Below, piece by piece: positions 40,989 through 55,526 of a DNA stretch of 64,000 bases (positions are counted from its first letter, which is position 1; every line of letters starts with the position of its first letter). The position numbers and the translations under genes are program-made. The notes under the pieces are model-generated. The model was not told the origin of the DNA. It saw only the letters and a program-made list of their open reading frames with translations, and did no database searches. Source of the DNA: the human T2T-CHM13v2.0 reference genome, Homo sapiens. The stretch lies in the NCBI RefSeq assembly GCF_009914755.1, contig NC_060932.1; one strand, 5' to 3'.

Positions 40989-41501
40989 TGAGGTAAGTAG
41001 AAGCTTTATTGGAAAAGATTATTACAGAGGGGGAAGGGACTCCAACTATAAAACAGCAAGCTTCTCAGAGCTCAGGAAGAAAAAGGCTTTTCTTTTATAT
41101 GAAGGAGAGAACAAGGCTAGAAAGAACCAGATGTAAGTAAGTGAGGTGGCCTGATTGGATAGTAGATCAGAGAACGTTTTACCCTCAGGCCAGCCGCTTC
41201 CTGGAAGGAGCCATTGAGAAGGAGCTAAAATTCTGGCTCGACTTAGAATGCATCAGAGTTCAAGAGTCTGGGGAAAAGAAAGAACCGTAACCAAAATTTT
41301 TTCAGGTCAGGTTAATAGGCATTCTGTTCTAATAGATCACTGGGGACAATAAATTTAGCTAATCATTTATGAAGCCAAGAACAGGAGTTTGGAGCGTCTG
41401 TATCTGGCTTTGTCATAGGTAAACAATGCCGGCAATCCTTGAGCCTCATCTAACTCATATCGGGAAGGGTGGTCCTTTGGAATAAGCTATTCTCTGAAAC
41501 A
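40989..41501 (-). mobile_element. MER67-family ERV1 LTR
   Basis: Reverse strand begins TGTTTCAGAGAATAGCTTATTCCAAAGGACCACCCTTCCCGATATGAG, matching the MER67 start as recalled. Confidence 0.7.
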
Positions 41502-43531
41502 GTTTAGTCTAAGTACAATGTATTTCACCAGCAAATACCTTGATTGTGCCTTGGAAGGAAGGGGTTTGTGATGGTAAGTCTGGAAAAGGCCAGACAAAGA
41601 GAGGGAGAATTCTGGTCCCTGAAGAGACATCCCATATGCTCTCGGGTGAGATTGTGAGAAATGCTGGAAGAATGAAGTGGATGACTACCAAGCCCATCTT
41701 ATTTCAATGTACATAGATAATACTTCATTTTGCAAAAATGAAAAGTATGGGACAAATACTAAATCAGACAGGGCACTGGGATAAGAGGCACGAATTAGGA
41801 TATGTAGTCATTTACTGTACTAATTTGCATGAATAGAAATGCAGAGAGAGCTCTATAAAAGAAAAATATTTTGTGTAATCTATTAGTATAGAAACTCGTA
41901 ATTAATTTACTAAGATATAACGATTTATTTGTCATGTTAGGCAACGTATTTTCAATGTCGTCATCTTATGGAGAATTGTAAAGATTTTCTTGTATGTTAA
42001 AGGTCTTTGGTCACCATCATTATTCACACGATTGTTATTCACCTGGTTATCATTATTCCTCATCATTAAGGACACTAGTAATCTTTTAAACCTTTCTGGC
42101 TCTTTCTGGGGAAAAGGGCAGGCTTAATACAGGCATTCCTCATTTTAGTTAGCTTCACTAGCTTCACTTTATTGTGCCTCACAGATACTATGTTTTTCAC
42201 AAATTGAAGGTTTGTGGCAACCCTGCCTCAAGCAAACCTGTCAGCACCATTCTTCCAACAACATGGGCTCATTTCCTGTTTCCATGTCACATTTGGGTAA
42301 TTCTGACAATATTTCAAAATGTATTATTATTATAGCTGTTATGATAGTCAGTGAGCAGTGATCTTTGATGTTACTCTCGTACTTGATTGGGGAACCATGA
42401 ACCACAACCATATTAGGCAGCAAGCTTAATTGATAAATGTTATGTGTAGTCTAACCGCTCCTCCAAATGGCCATTCCCCCATCTCTTTCTCTCTGCTCAG
42501 GCCTCCCTATTCCCTGAGACACAAAAATATTTAAATTATGCTAATTAATAACCCAACAATAGCCTCTAAGTGTTCAAATAACAAGAAGAGTCCCATGTCT
42601 CTCACTTTAAATCAAAACCTTGGCATAATTAAGGTTACTGAGGAGGGCATATAGAAAGCTGAGACAGGCCAAAAGCTAGACTTCTTATGCAGAACAGTTA
42701 ACCATGTTGTGAATGCAAAAGAAACGTTCTTGAAAGAAATAAAAAATAGAAGATGCTACCCTCTATAATTCTATGAAGGTTCAGAGAGGTGAGGAAGCTG
42801 CAAAGGAGAAGTTGGAAGCTAGCAGAAGTTGGTTCATGAGATTTAAGGAAATAAGCCACCTCTATAATATAAAAGTACAAGGAGAAGCAGCAAGTGCTGA
42901 TGTAGAAGGTGCAGCAAGTTATCCAGAAGATCTAGCTAAGATCATTGATGAAGGTGGCTACAGTAAGTAACAGATTTTTAATGTAGACCAAACAACCTTA
43001 TGTTGAAAGAAGACACCATCTAGGACTTTCATACCTATAGAGGAGAAGTCAATGCCTGGCTTCAAAGCTTCAAAAGATAAGCTGACTCTCTTGTTAGGGG
43101 CTATTGTATCTGGTGGCTTTAAGTCAAAGCCGATGTTCATTTACCATTCTGAAAATCAAAGAGTCCTTCAGAATTATGCTAAATCTACTCTGCCTGTGCT
43201 CTGTAAGCAGAACAAACTGGATAGCAGCACGTCTGTTTATAGCATGGCTTACTCAATCTTTTAAGCCCACTGTTGAAAATTAATGCTCAGAAAAATAAGA
43301 TTTATTTCAAAATATTACTGCTTATTGACAATGCACCTAGTTGCCCAAGAGCTCTGATGGAGTTGTACAAGGAGATTAATGTTGTTTTCATGCCTGCTAA
43401 TACAACATTCATTCCAAAGCCTATGGACCAATGAGCAATTTGGAATTTCAAATCTTATTATTTAAAAAATACATTTTGTAAGGCTATAGTTGCTATAGAT
43501 AGTGATTCCTCTGACAGATCTCAGCAAAGTA

Positions 43532-43948
43532 CAGAACAACATGGCTTTGAACTGTACTGGTCCACCTATACATAGATTTTTATCTGCCTCTGCCACCCCT
43601 GAGACAGCAAGGCCCACACCTCCTCCTCCTCAGTCTACTCAACGTGAAGATGATGAGGATGAAGACCTTTATGATGATCCACCCCACTTAATAAATAGTA
43701 AATATATGTTTTCTTCCTTATGATTTTCTTAATACATTTTCTTTTCTCTAGCTTACTTTATTCTAAAAATCCATTATATAATACATATAACATAAAAAAT
43801 ATGTTAATTGACGGTTTATGTTATCCATAAGGCTTCTGTTCTACATTAGGCCATTAGTTTAGTCTTTGGGAAGTCAAAGTTATATACAAATTTTCAACTG
43901 TGCAGGTGGCCCAAATCCCTAACTCCCACATTACTCAAGGGTCCACTG
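43532..43948 (+). mobile_element. Tigger2a (MER28) nested in Tigger1
   Basis: TA duplication (43530-43531, 43949-43950); CTACTCAACGTGAAGATGATGAGGATGAAGACCTTTATGATGATCCAC; ends CAAGGGTCCACTG. Confidence 0.88.
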
Positions 43949-44138
43949 TAAGTTGAAAACTCCTGGAAAGGATTCATCACTGTAGATATTAGGGCATTCA
44001 TGATTCATGGGGGGAAGTCAAAATTTCAATATTAACAGGGGTATGGGAGAAGTTGATTCCAACCCTTATCGATGACTTTGAAGGGTTCAAAGATTTAGTG
44101 GTGGAAGGAGCTGCAGATGTGGTAGAAATAGCAAGAGA

Positions 44139-44575
<437 letters not shown>

Positions 44576-46342
44576 CTACTTCTGGTGCACAGGCTTTGAA
44601 CATTGTTGAAATAAAGACAAAGGATTTAGAATATTGTACATAAACTTAATTGATAAAGTGGTAGCAGAGTTCAAGAGGATTGACTCCAAATTTGAAAGAA
44701 GTTTTATTGTAGATAAAACGTTAAATAGCAGCACATTCTACAGAGAAACCTTTCAGGAAAGGAAGAGTCAATTTATGTGGCAAACTTCATTGTTGTCATA
44801 TTTTCAGAAATTGCCACAGACACACCAGCTATTAGCAACTACCACCCTGTTCAGTCAGCAGCCATCAACACTGAGGCAAAATCTTCCACCAGCAAAATGA
44901 ATATGAGTTGCTGAAGACTCAGACATCTTTAGCATTTTTTAGCAATAAAGTTTTAACTAAGATAGTACATTTTTAAGACATATGCTATTGCACATTTTAT
45001 ACACTACAGTATAGGGTAAACATAACTTTTATATGTATTGGAAACAAAAAAAATTTATATGACTCACTTTATTGTAATATTGGCTTTACCGTGGTGATCT
45101 GGACACAGAATCCACAGTATCTCTGAGGAATGCCTGTAGTTTGAATATGAGTGATGCAAAGAAGGATTTTTAGCTATTGTAGTATCTCTGGATGTATTTC
45201 CCACAATCTTTTTGGGTTATAGTTGCTCTTGTATCTGTTTTGCCTTTCCCAATAGTGATTGCACTTAGCAGAATTTGTGCTAGGAAACATTGTTATTGTT
45301 ATTGATACAAAAGTAATTTTCTGTAAAGAATAGATCATTTTGTCTGATTCATTATTTTAGTGGCTCTCTGAAAAGTATTTTTCTTCATTTCACTTCTGAA
45401 ACAGAATCTAGAAAAAAAAATACCATCAGCTGAGACATTTAGAAACATCTGTACTTTCACACAATGCATAGACAACAAACCCTTACAGAATTATTTTTAG
45501 GAACTCTATTGAAATTAGATATTTTCTAAAAGTATTTGCTAAAAGAGAAATGCATTTTAGCTTACATCATATTGTTTAATTTTAAATCTATCATATTGTG
45601 ACAATAACAAGAATAAAAACAATTTCACCCTCAGTGTAAAACTTACAGATTTTGTTGCCGAGAAACTTCAAAACATACCTCTAAATAGTAAGAAGTGTAG
45701 TAAAATTTAAATGAAATGTTGGGCCAAATATAGAATGATTGAAAAATCACCCTTGAATTATAAAAATTTGTGCTCATCTTGTGAATACTTTAAATGTCTT
45801 GCTCATGGTAAGGACTTCGTGCTATCTTTGTACAATTAACATATAGGGCAAATTTCAATACCAATGACAGTAGATGTAATTTCACATATCAAGTAGTTTC
45901 CCTAATAATTTAGGACTTTTTTCACTGACTTCTTGTCATATATGATTCTGTCATTACTTTTTTATATAGCTCAAAATATGGCTGATGGAGTGCTTGTGCC
46001 CTTCCATGGTTTTTTCATTTGGTATCACTAGTATTATATTTATTTATTCTTTTTTTCCAGGACATTTTCAAGACATTCGTCAAGTTTTGAGGTTTATTTA
46101 AGGTATAACTAGATAATGTATTATGTAAATCAGCCTAACCAGCACGCATAAACTAAACCATGTCACAGGATGCCAATAGTGACAGACGGAGTGCTGATGC
46201 CTCTGGAAATCTCTTCACATTGTGGAGTTTCTCCTCTTCTCTTGGGATATCTTCTCTATTTTCTGTGACAGATGCCTATTTGCTAGATCAACTGAGAGCA
46301 TCAGTGCCTATAGGTAATGAAATACAAATAAAACTCAATTTG

Positions 46343-46693
46343 TGTTATGGTCTGAATGTTTATATTCCTCCAAAATTCATATGTCGAAATCCGGTCCCCA
46401 GTGTGTTGGTATTAAGAGTCGAGGCTTTTGGGAAGTGACAGGGTCATGAGAGTGGAGCACTTGTGAACAGGATTAGTGGTCTTATGAAAGATGGAGCGTC
46501 TGTTTTTCCCTTCCCCCATGGGAGTGGGAAAATACGGATAGAAGCCACTATCCATGGGGAACAAGCCTCCACCAAAAACTGAATCTGCTGGCACCTTGAT
46601 CTTGGACTTCCCAGCCTCCAGAACGCTGAACAACACATTTCTGTTGTTTGTAAATTACCTAATCTAAGACAGCAGCCTGAGTGGACTAGGACA
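46343..46693 (+). mobile_element. MSTD/MLT1A-type LTR
   Basis: TGTTATGGTCTGAATGTT...GGACTAGGACA; TSD ATTTG/ATTGG. Confidence 0.85.
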
Positions 46694-46744
46694 ATTGGTT
46701 TCTTTTTTGTTTAGGTAGCAATAACTAGAAACAGAATTTCTACA

Positions 46745-47700
46745 GAGGCAACACACACAAAAATAGGTGTGATTTTATCAAATTAAAATGCTTCTGCACA
46801 GTAAAAGAAACAATTACCAAAGTGGAAAAAAAATAACCTATGGGGTGGGAGAAAATATTTGTAAACCATGTATATGATAAAGCGTTAATATCCAAAATGT
46901 ATGAGAAATTCCTCCAAGTCAATAGCAAACAAACCAATAGAAAACCAGAAGCAAAAGAAAAAAGAAAATAAGTTAACCAATTTGAAAAATAGACAAAGAA
47001 ACTGAATAGACATCTCTCGAAAGAAGACATACAAATGGTCAACAGATATCTGAAAAAGTGTGGATATCACTAATCAGGAAAATGCAAGTTAATATCACAA
47101 GATACCACCTCACAGCTGTTAGGATAACTATTAGCAAAAAAAACAAAAGCGGCCCCTTGCTTTGTGTCTGCCAGAATCCATTATGGCTGCCACTATAGTT
47201 CTCCAGGAGTCTGGATAGCAGTCCCGGCTGGGAATGTCTGGAGTCTGCAGGCCCCAGTCACTATGGACAGTTTTTCCTTCAGTATTGGGGTTCTAAGAGG
47301 CAGAAATTAGAAATAGGAATGCAGATGGTTGCAGAGTGTGGTTGGGGGTTAGAGCGGCGCCCTGGAAAAAAAAAAAAAAAAAAAGATGAGTGTTGGAAAT
47401 GATGTGCAGAAAAGGGAACCCCAGTATATTATTAGTGGAAATGTAAATTGGTGCAGCCTCTATGAAATAATGTATATTTCAATACATAATAATGTATATT
47501 CCAAAATTGTTTTTATAGAGTAGATTTTAGATGTTCTCACCACAAATAAATGATAAGTATGTGAAATGATGCATGTGTTAGCCTGTTTTAATCATTCCAC
47601 AATGTACACAAGTATAACATTTACATTATACCACATAAATATATACTCTATATATATACTATATATATATATACTACTGTTTGTCCATTTAAGTAATTTT
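46745..47700 (+). mobile_element. L1MA/MB-type 3' fragment interrupted by an unidentified insertion
   Basis: TGCTTCTGCACAGTAAAAGAAACAAT...GGGAGAAAATATTTG; 3'UTR GATGTTCTCACCAC. Confidence 0.8.
47150..47384 (+). other. Unidentified 216-nt insertion with A19 tail
   Basis: Non-L1, more GC-rich sequence splitting L1 text; flanked by AAAAAAAACAAAAG / A19G. Confidence 0.75.
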
Positions 47701-49667
47701 TTACAAATAATTGTTCTAAATAATAAGATTATCTTATAAAGGAGACAGTAGGTTTGTTTTGCTCCAGATGGTAGAGTTAATCCCTGAAGCTAGAAGATGC
47801 TTAGGGTGAAGTTTGTGCTCAAAATATTTTTCTAAAAATAGAGCAGACTGCCTCAAAGGTGAGGTATGTTGCAGAAAAAAGTCACTGTAAGGTATGTGTG
47901 GGATGCTGTTTGGGGATAATCAGGGACTCAGGATAGGGAACTAAGGAGTTTAGGTTGTCTGCTGTATAGAGGAAACTAGAGGAGATAGTTTATTCAGCCA
48001 TCATTAATTCATTCATTCAGTAAACATTACTGAACACCTGTGTGCCAGGTGCTGTGATTGACACTGGAGATTTAAAGTTGAATAATATCTAGTCACTGGG
48101 GCCCTGATGTCAAGGCACATGCTCTAGTGGAAGAGAGGCACACGTAGCTAAGAGTGTGTGGAAAGTGTTATGAGGAAAGTATGTTCAGGATAGTGTAGAG
48201 GCTGAGGAAGAGGATTCCCAACTCACCTGCTGCGGGCAAAGAAAGGTGGATGGTATTCATTAGGGATTATCACAGGAGGGATCAACTGAACTAATCCTTA
48301 AAATATAATACAGTAGGAGCCAGCCCACAAAATGCTAATAGAGGCAGTGGGGAGGGTGGTGGAAAAAAAAAATAGGTATGAGTCAAAGGAGAGAATTCCA
48401 GACAGATGAAAGCTGTAAAAATAGTTTAGTTTTACTGTAAAAAGGTCAAAGCCAGAAGTAAGGGGCTGCAAAGTCCATTTAAGCTGAGAACTTTATTACA
48501 GCTCCTGTTCCAAGCCCATGCTCTGTGCGACTGCAGATGGGATATTCTAATACCACTTGTGGAAATCAATCTTTTTGGACAAAGACCAAGAGAGACCCAT
48601 GTTGTGATTCACTCTCTATGGCAACCCAAAAGGAAGGGTGAATGCCTGCAGATGAGAGTTGCCTCTTCATGCCAGCCACTTAATAGGCTATGGAAAAGGG
48701 AAGAGCAGTCCCCATGGTGGGCCTAATAGGAATCATAATCTAACTGATTATCACAGCAGTGACTCTTTCAAATCTGGCCTAACTGAAGCTAGCACCACAC
48801 CAGGATCTCTGCTGGGCACACACCAATCACCCAGGAGGTCAGTATCATCCCCATTTTACAGATTTGAAAGCTGAGGCACAAGGTAAATAACAGTTATGCA
48901 GAAGTCTTGCTTCAGTGTCTAACTTCCTCATCTCACTTTATTCTGTTTTTCAATAGGAGAAGAGATATAATCTCATGATGAAAAGTGCCATCTAAAGTGG
49001 CACCTTAGACACAGTAAGCAAACTGGATTGGAAGTGAAGAAGTCAGTCCCAAGATACTTGACAATGTCTCCTATTTGTAGATTGTTTAGCAAAATGCTTT
49101 CACCTGAGTTATTTCATTTGTTGCTCACAACCAATCTGTCTGGTAGGAAAGGCAGATGATATGTTCACCTCCAGATAAGAAAAATGAAATTCAGAGAGGC
49201 CAAGGGGCTTGCTCAAGATTCCACAGTGAAGAATCTACTTGCAGGAATTTTAACAAAGGTTTTCAAATTCAGAAGTCCACAGGATGACTGCCCTTGAAAT
49301 CCAGTGGTAACATATAATAAGGTGTCTTTGAGCAGGTAAGAGAGGACCAACCTTTTCTAAAGCCTTTCTCCTCTTGCTCTCTGTGCGCCAACCTGAGCAG
49401 CCTCCTGAGAGATTCTGGAACATGCTAGAATTTTTCTTGCTTTAGGGCCACAGTTCATGTCACTCCTTCTTCCTGGAATGTTCTTCACAAGCACTGTGTG
49501 GCTCCTTCTTATCCTTCAAATATCTGCTGAAATGTTCCCTTCTTAGAAAGGACTTGCTGACCACCCTGATGGAAGTGCCCTCTCCAGCTCACCTCTTTAC
49601 TGACTCTGTTTTTATTCCTTTTGCAAGCACATTTTATAATCTATATGTAGTGTTTAATGCAACAGTT

Positions 49668-50053
49668 TGCTAAGGACTGAAATTTGCATTCCTCCAGCAA
49701 TCAAAACCCACTGCGATGGTTTGTGGAGGTGGGACTTTTAGGGGGTAATTAGGTTTAGATGAGGTTGTGAGGGTGGGGCCCCTCATAATGGAATTAGTGT
49801 TCTTATAAGAAGAGACAGAGAGAATGAAGCTCTCTCTCTCTTTGTGTGTGTCTCTCTCTCTCTCTAAGACATGGGAGGACACAATGAGAAGACAACTGTC
49901 TACAAGCCAGGAAAAGGGACGTCACCAGGAACCGAGCCTGCTGACATCTTGATCTTAGACTTTCCAACCTCCCAAACTGTTAGAAATCATTATCTGTTGT
50001 TTAAGCCACCCAGACTGTGATATTTTGCCATGATGCCTGAACTGACTAATATA
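49668..50053 (+). mobile_element. MLT1A-type LTR inserted in L2
   Basis: GGTAATTAGGTTTAGATGAGG...TGTTGTTTAAGCCACCCAG; 5-bp TSD CAGTT (49663-49667, 50054-50058). Confidence 0.88.
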
Positions 50054-50698
50054 CAGTTTACCTGTACATTGTTTGTTCCTCTAGATTATAAGCTCTCCAA
50101 GGCAGGGACCATATAGTTCTTTAAAATATAATGTCATGGCTATAAGTTTACTGCTATTTCCCCATCACATGGGAAAAAGAATTGTCAGAGTTGTCAGCCA
50201 TTAGAGTTTATTTACCTTAAGGGTGTCTGACGAAATGATCTGATTATCTCCTTAACTTCCTAAATAGCTCAAACTTCATAATGTTTGAATTTGGAAATAT
50301 CTGTTGATTCAAGAGAGACAGATTACATGGTCTCTCTTGAACTTTGGACATCTCTTCCACAAACTTCCAAATATTAGGCCATCTATTACCAGACCTTCTG
50401 AACTTAAACAAATCTTACTTTCAACCCCACTTTAGCCACCTTCACCATGGCCTAACTTTTGCCCTTGTTATTTGTTATCCATAGTTTTCTAAACTTAGAA
50501 TCCTTAATCACTGGCATTATAGTTGTTTACTTCAACCTCCAACACTTACAGGTCCCTCAAATCCTCATTTATTCAACCCTTGTTTTTTGTCATCTTATAA
50601 ACTGCAAATTCTTGAAAATCACATGTCCTCTCTATAAATCAGATCCCTTCATATCATGTTTTCAATCTGAGTTTGGCTCCATGATTAATCTTCCAAAT

Positions 50699-50918
50699 CA
50701 AAGGTTTACAAACTGTGGCCTGTGGAATAAATCTGGTCTGCACCTGTTTTAGTAAATAAAGTTTTACTGGAACACAGTCATACTCATCCATTTACATATT
50801 TTTTATATCCATTTTCATGTTACAATGGCACAGGTGACTAGTGGCAACAGAATCTGTGTGGCTCACAAAGCCTAGAACATTTTCTATCTGTCCTTTATAG
50901 AAAGAAGTTACCAACCCC
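50699..50918. mobile_element. MER58A hAT-Charlie MITE
   Basis: GTAAATAAAGTTTTACTGGAACACAG...CACAAAGCCTAGAACATTTTCTATCTG. Confidence 0.85.
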
Positions 50919-50994
50919 TAATCAAAATCAATAATCTATGAAGTAGAAAGTAAAAGATGATCTTTTGGTGCTGACATGAACATATTATGATTAA

Positions 50995-53058
50995 AAAAAC
51001 ACTTTATTGAGGTTTGATTAGCATACAGAAGCTGTACATAACACATACAACTTGAAGGGTTTGGTGATCAGTATGCAATCATGAAACCATCACTATGATG
51101 AATGTCATAAACATATCCATCACCCCCAAAGGTTTCCTCTGCCTTATTTATTTATCTATTTATAAGAATACTTAACATAAGATTTGCTACCCTCTTAGCA
51201 AATTTAGCAACTCTTTGAGTATGCAATATAATATAGTTAACTATAGACACTATGCTGCACATAGATTTCTAGGACTTATTTAACTTGCGTAGCAAAAACT
51301 TTGTTCTCTTTGCCCAATACCTCCCTGTTTCCCCCTCCTTCATCCCCTGGTAACCATCATTCTACTGTCTGCTTCTATGAGTTTGACTGTTTTAGATTTC
51401 TCATATGAGTGGGATCATTTAGTATTTGTCCTTCGATGTCTGGCTTATTTCACTTAGCATAATGTTCACCAGGTTTATCAATGTTGTTGCAAATGACAAG
51501 ATTCCTTTTTTTATTATTAAGGCTAGATAATATTCCATTGCAAATATATGCCACATTTTCTTTGTCTATTCATCTGTAGGTGAACATTCAGGTTGCTTTC
51601 ATGTCTTGGGTATTGCGAGTAATGTTGCAATGGACATAGAAGAACAGGTATCTCTTTGACATACTAATTTCATGCCTTTGGGTAAATACCCAGAAGTGAA
51701 ATTACTAAATCACATGGTAGTTCTATTTTTTGGTTTTTGAGGAGCCTCCATACAGTTTTCCATAATGGCTGTACTAATTTACATTCTCACCAACAGTGTA
51801 AAAAGGTTCCCTTTTCTCCACTTCTTCACCAACATTTAAATTTCATCTTTTTGATAATAGCCATTCTGACAGATCTGAGGTGATATTTAATTGTGGTTTC
51901 AATTTGCATTTCCCCAATGATTAGTGATAGGGATATTGGGCTTTGTTATTAATAACCCACTGGCCATTTATGTGTCTTCTTTTGAGAAATATCTGTTCAA
52001 GTCATTTGACTATTTTTAATGTAATCACTTGTTTTCTTATTATTGAGTTGTTTAATTTCTCTCTGTATTTTGGATATTAGAGCCCCTTAACAGATGTATT
52101 ATTTGCACATATTTTTCTCTTAACCTATGGGTTGTCTCTTTATTTTGTAAATTGTTTCCTTTGCTGTGCGTAAGCTTTTTAGTTTGATGCAATACAATAA
52201 CTAATAGATTAATGGTCTCTTTTTGTTTTTGTTGCCTGTGCTTTTAGGGTCATGGTCAAAAAAATCTTTGTCCAGATCAGTGTGTGGAGCTTTCCTCTTA
52301 CGTTTTTTATTTCTAATAGTTTTATAGTTTCAGATCTTATATTTAAGTCTTCAACCCACTTTGAGTTGATTCTTGTATATGGGATGTGATGTGTTCAATT
52401 TCATTCTTCTTCATGAGGACATCCAGTTTTTTCAACACCATTTGTTGAGAATTCAATAAAGTTGCAGTATATAAAATCAACGTAAAAAATCAGTAGGTTT
52501 TTCATACACTGACAATGAACTATCTGGAAAAGAAATTAAGAAAATAATCCCATTTTAATACCATAGCAAAATACTTAGTGGTAAATTTAACCAAGCAAGA
52601 ATATGGAAATATCTATATTCTAAAAACTATAAAACATTGATCAAAGAAATTGAAGATTACACAAATAAATGGAAATATGTCTCATATCCATAAGTTGAAA
52701 ACCAATATTGTTGAAATGTCCATACTAAATGTGATCTAAAGAGTCCATGTGATTTCTATAAAAAATCCAACGTCATCTTTTATCGAAATTGAAAAAAAAA
52801 TGCTAAAATTTATATGGAACCAGAGAAGACCTGAATAAACAAAGCAATCTTGAGCCATAAGAACAAAGTTGGAGGCATCACACTACCTGATTTCAAAATA
52901 TATTGCAAAACTATAGTAATCAAAATGGCATAGTACTGGTGAACAAACAGATACAAAAACCAATGGAATAGGATAGAGAGCCCAGGAATAAATCCACAAA
53001 TTAAAAACCAACTGATTTTTGACAAAGATGCCAAGAATGGGGAAGGGAGAGTTTCTTT
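50995..53058 (-). mobile_element. L1MA-type element with 5' inversion (3' part on - strand to ~52449, ORF2 part on + strand ~52450-53058)
   Basis: Strand switch at CACCATTTGTTGAG|AATTCAATAAAGTTGC; the two arms are contiguous in L1 coordinates. Confidence 0.85.
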
Positions 53059-55526
53059 CATTATTTATTCTCTGTATTCTTTCATCTCAGGAAAAATATC
53101 CAGTTTCCTCAATTGTATATCCATTCACTCACCCGATAATTTCTTCATTCACTTATTTGTTTATTCATTTAATCTCAATTGTTTGTTCATTCTGTAAATA
53201 TTCAGATTTCTTTTTATGCATTTTCTCAGAATTGGAAGCATAATACTGAACAAAATAACTATAAATCTCAGCCTCCCACTCCCATATTTACAGTTTGATT
53301 AGGGAGGCACATTTAGATATGCAGTGATAATTGCTTTGCTTAGAGAAATTCAAGGTGATAGAATGCATGGTGACACCTAACCCAGACTGGTAGAGAAAGG
53401 GAATTCTTCCACTGGGAATGACATGATTATCTAAATAAGTAGGCTCAATCAGGTCAGGAAAGGGCCTGAAAGACTATTTCAAGCAGAGGGAAGGTATTTG
53501 CCAAGGCCAGGGTGTGTAGTGGAGAGAATGGGCAGTGGCAGAGAATTATGAAGTGTTCCAATGACTAAAAGTAAAGTAACAAGTTCCTTGTCCAAGAGTT
53601 TGGATTGTATCCTAACTGAAATGAGTATACACTAAGTGTTTGAAGAAGAGGGATGAAATGGTCAAGTTTTCATTACACAAAAATAACCTGTTCCTTTCAT
53701 TTTATGTTTATTTATTTTTTTAATTTTCTGACTGCTCCTTTCTGGAAATCTCAAATTTATATTTGCCAAATATTGTCACATTTTCGATGGAGAATACAAA
53801 CTAAGAATGGGTTAGGGAACTGAGTCAGAAAGTCCCTGTTGTACAATTCAATCATGTTTTTCTAAGGATGTGCTTTTGGACATTATGGAAACTATCTTAG
53901 GCTCTCACTTGGATCCTAGAAAAGAAGGCACCTGTTAAAAGGAATGTCCAGCCCCACGTAATTTGGCAGCTGCCCCTCCAAGCTAATGACATTAGGGATG
54001 TAGTGGATTCAAGAGGCTGATGATGCCATCTGGTCAACTCATGTGACTATTTCTATCAGCTTTATTTCTGCAACATCCTGTGCCCACAGAGGGGACACAA
54101 AATCGCTTTATAATTCCTTCACCATATGAAGATACAGATACACCCAGAACCTTAAAGGCAAGAATATGATTGAAATGTCAAATGGGGACTTGGTGATCTA
54201 AATTATGTCCCCCAAAAGCCAATGTCTTGCCACCACCAGTGCCCTATGGGTGGAGTTTCTAAACAGATTACTCAAAACACAAACTTTCAAAAAGGGAAAG
54301 TCATAACCCTCTAGTCATCAGGGCAATTACGGAATAACATTGCTGGAGTAAGGTTTTCTCAATGCCCAAGAGATGAGCTGGCAATGCCACAACAATGTCC
54401 AATTCTTAGTGGGTCCAAGAACATGTGTTACATTTCCCTCCCATGATTACTCACAGCTTCACAGTTCTGCTGTCCTCTTCGCCTCTCTGCCACCTCTTAA
54501 CTGCACCTTTGACCTCCTACCCCTAAGATTCAACCCTGTGAGATTACTTGTCTTTTCATCTACACTCTGGTCACTCTGACCCCCATTCTTTAGATTCAGG
54601 ATTTTCTCTTTTCCTAGCTTATTCTCCAGCACAAGTAGAAAAATATTGTGCTTCATTGGAAAATGCATGTTGTTTGAATCACACCCTTTCAGATTATACA
54701 ATTGTAGTCTTTCATTATCTTTGAGCCATTTTATAATGCTGTAAACTAATATTAATGCATATAATTCTTGTCTATAGACATGTAAATTGTGTCCAGGGGT
54801 GATTTAATTGACTTTTCTTCCCCATTGTGGAAAAGGCTAGTAGTTTTGCCTCCATTTGCCCATTTATTTCTATATTCCTGATCTGTAAATGCATTTCTGG
54901 GTTTTCCCTTGGACTCATTCTAACATCTCTTCTTTTTCCTCATTAATTAATTAAATTAAATCTTTAACACCTCTTCATATTTTTGTCAGTATGAGAGTAT
55001 AAAAAAAATCTTTTTTTGAAAATTATCTTTTAATAGGTGACAAAAAGAATAAACACTGAACAAGAAGTCCTGAGCTCCTACTACAATCCAAAGTGAACTA
55101 GTTGCAGTGCCATAGGATGATGTTTCTCCTGAGACTTCTTTACTAGGATCATTTAGACTGTTATAAATGCAGATTCCTGGGCCTCTCCTTAGACCCACTG
55201 AATCAGACACTCTAAGAGGAGGGTCAGAAATCTCCATCTTAGCAAGTTAATGTCCAGGAGAGTTAGAGACTCACTATGACGTATGATAAAAAGTAGAAGG
55301 AAGGACTTTCCAGCACCTTAAACTACTTGGAAAGATAGATTAATGTCTAGATGAAACTTGATGAGACTTTAGACTAATATGTTACATATACATCAGGAGA
55401 TGCATGTATAAACCAAATCCAAATAACCCAAAGCAAAATTTCTTTTAGAAATAGTGATAAATAAATGAGTGAGGAGTTTGTCACTCACATCCCCCAGGTA
55501 AAACATACCTTTTTAGCCTAAATAAA

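Noticed and set aside
42773-43264. Transposase ORFs as a domesticated TIGD-like gene
   Set aside because: Multiple stops and frameshifts, an internal deletion and two nested insertions
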